DNA from: Octopus sinensis
Lineage: Eukaryota
Length of the DNA stretch: 64,000 nt
NCBI RefSeq assembly: GCF_006345805.1
Contig: NC_042997.1
Coordinates: 5,828,001-5,892,000 of the forward strand
Reading direction: 5' to 3'
Part shown: positions 53,849 through 64,000 of the stretch, one piece after another
Layout: each line of letters opens with the position of its first letter
Position numbering within the stretch: position 1 is the stretch's first letter
Made by a program: the position numbers and the translations under genes
The notes under the pieces: model-generated
Seen by the model: the letters and a program-made list of their open reading frames with translations, nothing else
Told to the model about the DNA's origin: nothing
The model's database searches: none

Positions 53849-54144
53849 TATGTTAACTCATCAGTTTAAATATGAGAGATGTGTTCTGTGTGTGCGTATA
53901 AGAAGTTGTCGATATGGAATTGTAAAATTGTGTATGTGTATACGAAAGAGAGAGAGGGGGGGAGGGAAGAGAAGGGGAGATAGGAAGAGAATGGGAGGGA
54001 GAGAGGGAAGGAGAAAGAGTGCGAAATTCAAGTGATTGCTACTGACGCTTACACACGTGCACAAATTAATAAACAGTCGAACGCTAAAGGCGCATACGCA
54101 CACACAGAACACATCTCTCATATTTAAACTGATGAGTTAACATA
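53849..54144. repeat. Perfect 51-bp inverted repeat with a 194-bp spacer
   Basis: 53849-53899 tatgttaactcatcagtttaaatatgagagatgtgttctgtgtgtgcgtat is the exact reverse complement of 54094-54144. Confidence 0.95.
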
Positions 54145-54170
54145 CTCGTCCTTTAGCAAAATATTCTCGT

Positions 54171-54206
<36 letters not shown>

Positions 54207-54248
54207 TAATAACCCTGACCTTAACTACCTTCTTAAATTGTGTGTAAC

Positions 54249-54623
54249 ACTTTTTTTACTTGTTTCAGTCATTTTTACTGCCGCCATGCTGGTGCACCGC
54301 GTTTAATCGAGCAACTCTACCCCGGGACTTATTCTTTGTAAGCCCAGTACTTATTCTATCGATCTCTTTTGCCGAACTGCTAAGTGACGGAGACATAAAT
54401 ACACTAGCATCGGTTTTCAAGCAATGCTAGGGGGACAAACACAGACACACAAACATACACGCACATACATATATACGACGGGCTTCTTTCAGTTTCCGTC
54501 TACCAAATCCACTCACAAGGCTTTGGTCGGACCGATGCTATAGTAGAAGACACTTGCCCAAGGTGCCACGCAGTGGGACTGAACCCGGAACCATGGGGCT
54601 GGTAAACAAGCTACTTACCACAC
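54249..54623 (-). mobile_element. tRNA-derived SINE family A, near full length
   Basis: B box GGGTTCAGTCCC retained; core and tail match 6744-7146. Confidence 0.93.
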
Positions 54624-55684
54624 GAAATATTTTGAACTCTCTGTTTGTTAATATTAGTATTTCAAATTTTCTTCGTCAAAGATGCGTATCAATATACGAA
54701 AGATACGAGTGATATCAATTATTATATCAAATATTTCTAAAATTATTCTTTACTAAACTGGAGTCAGATGCTACAACGGGAAATGATCATAAAGCATGAG
54801 AGTGAAAATTGACTGTAAACATGTACATAAGTTACAAGAAAAACTGGGAAAAACATGAAGAGTATAACTATTAGTACATGGATAGCTGGGAGAACCACGA
54901 ACCACATGAAATATAAACACAGAAGGAAAGTAATGAAATTAAGGTAAGAAATGGTGTTTCAGAGTGTTGTATGACGAAGAAAGAAGTTGAAGCTAATAGG
55001 GAAAGAATAATATGGCAATGACGCGAATAGGCAACATATTATTGTACCAACCAGAATTAAAAAAAAGCAAAAATATTGGCCTAAATTCTAAGAAAGATTA
55101 CCTGCCAATAAATCAAAGGATTATGAAAGAAATGACAGGATATGCTGACTCTGCAATATAATTGGCAATTGAATTTCCACGAATAAATTGCACTCAAACT
55201 TGAAGTTAATTGCTTAAACTGACAATAAATAGCATAAAAAATAAACGTGTCTACGTGAGAAACTGTGTATCCTATAGCAAGTTTGATGTGTGAACAAACA
55301 AGTTTGTGAGGCCTCAAATAAATGTTAATATTCATCTGACAAAACTTTGCTGCCCCACAACTCCAATGATAATCATACGTACGAGAACTTTAATTTTGAT
55401 TTATTTTGCTTTTGTAGAACTCTGCATTCATTTTGTTTAGAATTTCTTATGATATTTGTCAGTTCATAAATGTTCTCATATTCACTCCTATAACACCTAC
55501 ATGCTGTGCTCCGAGTTATATTGGAATATGTTTCACCATTTTTATCACACCTTTGTATATATGCATGCATGTATGTTACTTACATTGCGATTTACCAGTA
55601 GTTGATTATAAGAATGAACACATGTAATACTGCACAGTTACACAACAGCATAAGTTGAAACGTCTGTGTATGTGTAAATGTATG

Positions 55685-55808
<124 letters not shown>

Positions 55809-55934
55809 CATGCACATATATAATATGTGTGTGTGTCAGGATAAGTATCTATCAATTTCTCTATCCACGTGTGTACGTGTGCTATGTGTTTATGTATGTG
55901 TGTAGGTGTGTGTTAAAATAATTGCTTTACAAAC

Positions 55935-56210
55935 GACATGGTTCCATGTTCAGCAGCCCTGTGTTTCCCTGTCAGTGGGTTTGGTAAATAGAAACTGAAA
56001 GAAGCCCATCGTGTGTGTATATATATATCTGTGTGTGTGTGTGCGTGTGTGTTTTTATATATGTCTTTGTTTATACGCCCATAACTTAGTACTTCAATGA
56101 ATGCGACCTATAGAATAAATATTTAGGTCAACAGTTTTTACTATACCCTTCAAGGCGGTTCTCCAGCATGGAAGCCATCCAATGACTGAAAGAAGGAAGA
56201 GATAAAAATA
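55935..56210 (+). mobile_element. Diverged SINE family A copy
   Basis: gggtttggtaaatagaaactgaaagaagccc core and caaggcggttctccagcatgg...aatgactgaaa tail. Confidence 0.75.
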
Positions 56211-56559
56211 GAAACACAATTAAAGAAACAACCAATAGTAACAGCATCAATAGTCCCAGTAATAGTAGTATCAGTGTTAGTAGGAAATAATTGCTGTTGA
56301 AGATGACATAAGGTAAGGAGAAGATAAGTATGTTTTTCCTCACTCCACTGTTTTCCTTCTTTGTAGCGTTCATATACTACGACCATTGAATATGTGAAGA
56401 ATAATGCTTTTCGTTTCACATGGAGTGCGAGTCAGAATAATTTTTCTTTGATGTTTCGGCTCTTATATTGCAGTAATTATGACCAGTATATTTACTTAGT
56501 ACTTTTCAAATCATTACTTCGCTGATCAACGTAAAATCTTATCTTATATGAGAACTGAT

Positions 56560-56773
56560 ATTGGTTTCAAATTTTGGCACAAGACGAGCAAGTTCAGAGG
56601 AGATAGAAAGTCGTTTGTATCAATTCGAAGCTCAATTGGAATGTGTATTTTTTTCCCTAAAGGATGAATGGCAAAGTCAACCTCGGCAGAATTTGAACGC
56701 AGAACGAAAGGACGGACGATATTCCGCTAGGCATTGAGCTCTGCATTCTAACGATTCTGTTAGTTCACCATCT
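56560..56773 (-). mobile_element. Diverged SINE family B copy
   Basis: ggcaaagtcaacctcggcagaatttgaacgcagaacg...ctaacgattctg matches the reverse complement of family B. Confidence 0.75.
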
Positions 56774-57443
56774 TCATCTGAGAACTAATTTACAAAAATT
56801 ATCAGGAGTTGTACCCATACTAGTAGAAAGATTAACATATTATCAGTAAAAATTTCACTTTATATTATCCTCGATGTGTTATACTTGTTTCGCTTCCTCT
56901 TGCACATATTATTTTTCTGTTCAGTTCCAGTTTTTTACGAGAGGCGGTGAAATTAATTGAAAAATAACGAATTTTAAAATAATATCTCATAATAAATATA
57001 AATAATATAATAGCATAATAATAGGTCTTAAACTTGACCATTTATTATCCCTGCAAATTTAATTTTGTGTTGTTTGTCAGACGCAATGTTTAAAAAAAAT
57101 GGAACCTAATCAATAACACTAGTGTTCACTATATTTGTGAACTAAGTTTAAGTTTCACACTGAATCATTTCAACTCAACTCATTTTTTATTACCGCATGT
57201 TTACACATTACACCAGTTTTAGTTAGTTCTCTGGTGGAAGTAGCTTTAAATAAAAATATTTTTGTTAGTTTCAAGTAGCAGTTTCAAATTACACTCTACA
57301 TTAAGCTTCAATCAAAGCGATTTAATGTTAAAGCATTTTTGAGGTAGAATCCCGCAAGTGCATATTAGAAACTGTATATAAAGTAAAGAAAATGCGTTTT
57401 ACATTGGGCACACACACGCAAAAAATAAAATCTGAAGCAACTA

Positions 57444-57509
<66 letters not shown>

Positions 57510-57920
57510 TACACACACACACCCAAGAACAAGCAAAAACAAACACACGTAAAAAATCAGTTAACTGTAATAATTATAAGAATTTTGGAGTTACAAAAAT
57601 CATGTTCTACAAACTTTGGTTTACTGCATAATTTTTTTTCTTTTTTAAATGGAACAAAAGAAAATAAATATCCGTTACTTCTATAAACATTTCCAGACAA
57701 ATTTTATTAATAATGTGTTATTCTGAAGCATTTCTGAAATTTATTAAAATTTGCATTGTAGTGAATTTGATACCAGCAAAATAAATATTTACTTTCTGGC
57801 CCCTAGATATGAAATTTAATATAACTTATTCAAAATATAAAACTAGGGTTAATGTAAAGAGAAATGAATAGAAACGCTTTTCAATTTAGAGAGAATGAAA
57901 ATAAAGATAAAATCGAGTAC

Positions 57921-58140
57921 ATTGGTTGTTTCTGATTTAGGGAAAACGGCAGCTATTTTCAAGTAGCTGCGTTAGCCGATGCCATCGACCACAGTATTTG
58001 CCACTTGTTTTATTTTTCCAACGACAAATGCTTTAAAGGTAAGGTACTCTAATGGGATTTGAAACTAGCACAAAAGGAGCCGGAAGAACTACCGCATGGC
58101 AATTCCCGATATTTTCATGATTCTAGAACTCACCTCCTTA
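57921..58140 (-). mobile_element. Very old SINE family B-like copy
   Basis: catcgaccacagt, gggatttgaaact and actaccgc..ggcaattc..gattctagaactcacctcctta are collinear with the 50398 and 56560 copies. Confidence 0.45.
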
Positions 58141-59642
58141 CACAGAAAAATATTAGATATGGAAATAAATTCAACACTTTTTGCGAAATAATGAAGGAAA
58201 TAAAATGATCAATGAATAAGCAAGAAAAATATTTATGTAAAAAGAAAGGAAAAAAAAAGAGCTAGCATGAAAAAGTACAATGGTGTTATGCGAATGAAGC
58301 AAAATATACCAAGATAACTTTATACTTTCAACGTTCTTGCATTATATTTTCATAATCAAATTTTCATTTCCGTCTTGTATGTGAAGGTGTTATTTCCATT
58401 GTAATATACATTAATTACCAACAAAAAACCTAAACTTCACTCATATACTACCGAATCATAAACTTAAGGTGTTGAACATTGAAGACGATAATCTGAACCA
58501 TAATGTATGTGTTACACACACAGAAACGCAGTAAAGCATCATTTAGAATTTCCCTAGAATATACAACGGGATTATATTTCATATATTACACATTTGACCC
58601 TTTTTTATGTTAAGAAAACGCCTCCAATAATATTTAGAATGATCCACTATCACCCGTCCTTCAACAGTTTCGGTGACTGCTGTTCCCGATACTTGATCAA
58701 ATAAGCTATTATTCATAGTTGCAAAAGATAAGTAACTGAACATTGCACATCCATAAATGTGCAATGCTTAAGCAGAACCCGGATGACACATTCCATGACA
58801 GAACTGTCCCAGAAATCCTCATTGCATGATATATCATATATATATATATATATATAATATATGATATAGCATATATTTCTTCAATGTTTTCTGTGTCTAA
58901 CTTAATTTAAAATATAATGCATATATTTATGGCTTCGACGGCACAAAATATAGCTAGATATAAGAATAAATACAGGCACACGCAAACACTTGCATACACA
59001 GGGTTTCCCTGTGTAACTCCTTTTGTGAAAAGTCAATTATCCGGAGAAATTTCCAGTTATAATTTCTTTAATTTTACGACGCATAATTAGTTATTTGAAA
59101 TCAAGAAGGTTATAGGGGTTTCTATTTCTTTTTTTTTTTTGTTCTTTTTTTTACTGCAACTGAAAGTTAATTTGAATTACTCAAGGCTGTGCAATATTTA
59201 ATGAAATTGGTTCAAAGACCACACTTGTTGTTGAGCGACGCCAAAACTATAACTTGTCGGTCGGTTAGCAAAATAGGTTATACACAACCAGTGTTTTGAA
59301 AAGTACGTACATCATTTTTAATCAATAAACATGATAAATACAGTTAGGCCTCTATTTTTCCGCGACGTTTCAGCCAGTGGTCAGATTTCCCAATAAGACT
59401 ATGGATCTTTCTAGTAGCATGTCAAATTTTCAGAACTGTATAATTTTTCATCATCTTGATGACATATAATAGCTCACAAGATATATTTTGTAAAATGTAT
59501 TTCATTTACAATTATACACATATGAACACACACATAAACAAAGAACACACACATACACTTGAATGCCTGTATATATGTATATATTTACATATAACTATCT
59601 ATCTATCTATCTTTCTAACTCTACACACAAACGTTTACAAAT

Positions 59643-59799
59643 ATATATTATTTACATTTGACAGATATTTGTCCTCATCATGTCTGTTGTTAACATAACA
59701 TTTCATTTCGGCTGATGTACTCTCCAGCCTTCATCAGGTGTTCTGGGTGAATTCCGAATGTGGGTTCTCATTCTAAAGGTATCTTTCCGATGTTGTTGT

Positions 59800-59881
<82 letters not shown>

Positions 59882-60088
59882 AATAATAATAAAGATATTA
59901 ATAATAACAGCAACATTGAAAAATACCTTAGGGATGAGATCCCAGGTTCGAAATTCTCCCAGGACACCTGATGAAGCCTGGAGAGTGCATCAGCCGAGAC
60001 GTTATGTTAAAAATAAACAAGAAGACAAATATCTGTCAAATGTAAATAATGTACATAATTCCTCATCTCTCATATATAGAACTCTATT
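59643..60088. mobile_element. Second palindromic double-hammerhead element, with a (TAA)n-expanded centre
   Basis: Left arm 59643-59790 and right arm 59913-60088 are homologous to 26410-26744. The centre is (TTG)/(TAA)n. Both HHR motifs are degenerate. Confidence 0.88.
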
Positions 60089-60509
60089 ACATACACGCCC
60101 CCCCACACACACACAGACGCACAAACACACACAAACACACACACAAACACGCATATATATATATGTTAGTGCAGCTTAATAATGAACAAATGAGAAAAGA
60201 GGAGTGCTCAATAGATTTTGTAGAGGATAGATACTTAAAATTAAACCTGAAGAAAAGCGTTAGTCTTACGACTGGAGATACAGGCTAGTGTCGCCTGACG
60301 AATATGCCTTTGCTCTAATCTAATTTCCTAATCTGATATGTCTTGAGCGCATATCCTGTCTTTGAATTGTTTCGCCTGAAAGTCTCAATGAATCTCGTGT
60401 TTCGAGACAAATTATCTACCTCAATATTTCACTTTTAATAAATAAAACGAAATGTACAAGCGTAGACGCACACGCGCGTCCGGACGCGCGCGCGCACACA
60501 TACACACGC

Positions 60510-60588
<79 letters not shown>

Positions 60589-60661
60589 TATATATATAAT
60601 ATATATATATATATAAATATATATATATATAAATATATATATATAATATATAAATATATAT

Positions 60662-60693
<32 letters not shown>

Positions 60694-60758
60694 TATAAAT
60701 ATATATATATATATATATATAAATGTATATATATATAAATATATATATATATATAAAT

Positions 60759-60827
<69 letters not shown>

Positions 60828-60861
60828 CTATAAATATATATATATATATATATAAATATAC

Positions 60862-61320
60862 CATTGTTTTATATTTTATATTTTATATTTATATTTTATA
60901 TTTATATTTATTTTTATATTTTATATTTTATATTTAATTGTTGATAGTTTTTTTTAGTTTATATATGTTATATATTGATTATATATGGATTATATATAGG
61001 TTATATATGGATTATATACTTATATTTTTTCATTCATACTTTAATTATTTTAAAATTATTATTTTTATATTTTAAAATATTGATTTTTAGATTGGAAGTC
61101 CACCTGAAGATTGTCGATCAAGAAAAGAAACGATTGTAGTGGCGGTTTTTTTGACTATTTATTAAAAGTTTATGTATTGATTAAGTCTTTCCTTGTTTGT
61201 TATGCAAAATAGTGGTTTTGTCTCTAATAATATTTTATAATATTTTACTATAAAATCGATTTAATCCTAAATCTGATTTTTTTCCCTGTAAATTTGGATT
61301 TATTCCCTAATATTTATTAT
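60862..61320 (+). mobile_element. AT-rich Penelope-type short element embedded in (TA)n
   Basis: Contains a hammerhead at 61100-61142, followed by tttattaaaag poly(A)-signal-like sequence. Confidence 0.55.
61100..61142 (+). ncRNA. Type I hammerhead ribozyme motif
   Basis: CCAC-CUGAAGA-(16-nt imperfect stem II)-GAAAC-GAUU-GUA-GUGG. Stem I CCAC/GUGG, 2-bp stem III with tetraloop, GUA cleavage triplet. Confidence 0.62.
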
Positions 61321-61328
61321 TTATATAA

Positions 61329-61376
<48 letters not shown>

Positions 61377-61385
61377 ATATATATT

Positions 61386-61437
<52 letters not shown>

Positions 61438-61598
61438 TATAAATATATATATATATATATAAATATATATATATTATATATAAATATATATATATATAAA
61501 TATTATATATATAAATTATATATATATATATATATAAATATATTATATATAATATATATAATATATATATATATATATAATATATATATATATATATA

Positions 61599-61787
<189 letters not shown>

Positions 61788-63122
61788 AGTTAAAATCCTA
61801 CAATGATCAAGGTGTAGGAATTTAGTGAGCTAACCAATCAGTAGAAGAAATGAAAACCAACTTTGAGGAACAATCGTGGTTCATTGAGAATTATTGTTGT
61901 ACGATAAGCTGAAAAAAGTATAGCGAAAGACTGTTTATATGAGAATAAGTTTTCAAAAATTAGTAAATGGAGTAGATAAAACCCAGGCTACATATACTTC
62001 ATAGTTAGAAGTTCCGCGGAGAGGGTTAATCAACCAATCAAGAGGTTGTCCTCAAGCTACACGTCAGAATGAAGATCTCGATTATAAAACCTTTACATTG
62101 CCATTCGGAGATCCCGTCTCAATTGGGCACTCGATCGAAATGCGAATACACCCACACACACACACTCACACACAGACACACACACACACTTATCGATTCG
62201 TTTTGCGAGATTCATGATGTGAAATCGTGAGTTGAATGAGATGTACTTGTATTTCGGGATGGTCATTTTATTTATTTATTGCCATAAAAACATACATACT
62301 GTAACGTGCAGACACATACATAGGAGAAATGCGTTAAATACTACTAACCGTACACGTAGGACAGACACAAATGGAGTGTGCCACCAATTATCGACGGAAA
62401 GATACTAATCCTCAATTTCTTGCATTTAACTATAAGACAGAACTTCTTGCATCGGCGGTAAACAAATGTAATTTGAAACGACAGAGGCTTAATTTGCTCG
62501 GTATATCGTTTGAAATTACATTTGTTTACTTTCGTACAACCATCCTGTTCTGTCTTCTTTGTTCGAGCCCTAATTCTACGCAAATATTGTGAGTGCTACC
62601 AATATACGAAATTCTCAGTCTTATTATTAAAGGCATGAAACAGAATAATAGAATAATTTTTTGGCCGACAACTGATGAAGAATTACGGTCCTTCTGAGGC
62701 TTTCCTACGTGAATGTTTTGTAGAACTTTATATATTTTTCATCTATTGAGTAAATGAACGCCATGCATTCCGACTCTTGTTAACAGTATACACATGCGCG
62801 CGCGCACACATATATTATATTTAAAAAATGCAAGCAAGAAAAATTCTTAAGATTATAAACCTGGAAAAGTAAAGAACAAGAAAATTTTGACGTAAACTAT
62901 ATCAGCTGAGGATAAAATTTCAAATACAATATTTAGATTTAGAAAATATTAGCATTTATCAAAATTAAAAATTTTATTACAAGCTATTACTTCTATTTGT
63001 TATTACTTCTATTAAAAATTTAAAATATGACTCAATTAAAATACTCTTATGCACTTTAAAAAATCTTTTTTTTTTAAATTAATGATTAGAAATTGGAAGA
63101 TAGGTTATAAAAATGATACTAG

Positions 63123-63350
63123 TACTCTTTTACTCTTTTGCTTGTTTCAGTCATTTGACTGCGGCCATGCTGGAGCACCGCCTTTAGGGTGAAAGAGTAC
63201 AGCAGGTTTCGCCACCATCCCCTGCCGGAGCCTTGTGGAGCTTTAGGTATTTTCGCTCAATAAACACTCACAACACCCAGTCTGGGAATCGAACCCGCAA
63301 TCCAATGACCGAAAGTTCGCTGTCCTAACCACTGGGCCATTGCGCCTCCA
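63123..63350 (-). mobile_element. Chimeric SINE: family D tRNA head (63188-63350) fused to family A tail (63123-63187)
   Basis: Minus strand GGAGGCGCAATGGCCCAGTGGTTAGG (A box)...GGTTCGATTCC (B box)...CTGTACTCTTTCACC|CTAAAGGCGGTGCTCCAGCATGGCCGCAGTC...AAAAGAGTAAAAGAGTA. Confidence 0.85.
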
Positions 63351-64000
63351 AAGTACATAATTTGTTAGTACAATAAACAGAAGGATACAATTTTTTTCAT
63401 ACTACAATAAAATCTACCAATAACAAAACTTCAAAGTAAAATTTGCTTGAGTTATTAACAAAGTTATTGCCAAGTCTTCTCATTTTTAGTCTTGACCCAA
63501 TACCTATTTTTACATAATGAATCTGCCTCCGGTATATGTTTATCCACTTTACACAAAAATATAGCTATATTGGTATTTCTGGCTCTCGTTTAATAAGTAT
63601 TCTAGTGTGTTAATATTCTAACAAAATGATGGTACGTTTTTAAAATTAAAATGTTACTTTGTAAATTAAAATCAAATGTTTATTTTTTAATATTCGAATC
63701 TTACCTGTAGCTACAATATTTTAAGTAAAAATTGTCTTGTTCTGTACTGTATCCGGTGTAGTAACTTGTCCTGAACTTTTCCGAGTGTAATAACTTGCGC
63801 TATATATTTCCATGTTTATAAGCTTAAAAATATTAGTTCTCTTGCTAAGTTATGCTATTATTCTGATTAATAATGTGTCGATTATTACACGCATGAAGAG
63901 ATATGAATTGTATTTCTGTATGCGTGAATTTATGACTGTGCAGCAAATTGATTTGCGTGAATTATTCGACAATGCTTTTTGACATTTTCTAAGTAAAAAT

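Noticed and set aside
54129-54135. CTGATGA inside the 51-bp inverted repeat arm
   Set aside because: Not followed by a stem II and GAAA; probably chance.
62672-62705. CTGATGA-AGAA...TTCT-GAGG as a hammerhead
   Set aside because: A stem II-like pairing exists, but GAAA, stem III and stem I are absent.
63270-63350. tRNA gene call for the tRNA-like sequence (also 6744 and 33600)
   Set aside because: A and B boxes are present, but there is no complete acceptor stem, and each continues into a multi-copy SINE body.

Overview
This is AT-rich (visually about 30-35% GC, not computed), microsatellite-dense, non-coding eukaryotic DNA. The repeat families (tRNA-headed SINEs with AAAGAGT tails, TAA-associated R4/Dong LINEs, Penelope-type short elements) look like octopus/coleoid cephalopod genome; this is recognition from memory, not a database result. 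I find no intact protein-coding gene, rRNA, true tRNA or CRISPR array. Nearly all listed ORFs are translations of (TA)n, (TAA)n, (GA)n or (TAG)n repeats, or decayed transposon frames. The window is an intron or intergenic mosaic of at least 10 SINE copies, six R4/Dong-clade non-LTR fragments, CR1-like and RTE-like remnants, a gypsy gag remnant, a Tc1/mariner remnant, Helentron-like elements and MITE-like hairpins. The most interesting signal is not visible in the ORF track: several families of short microsatellite-anchored elements carry minimal type I hammerhead ribozyme (HHR) motifs. Two are large palindromes with two outward-facing hammerheads (26410-26744 and 59643-60088). One single copy has an intact core and a GUA cleavage triplet (61100-61142). 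Also notable are a perfect 51-bp inverted repeat (53849-54144), a stack of insertions in one TAA microsatellite (46708-50760) and a chimeric SINE (63123-63350).
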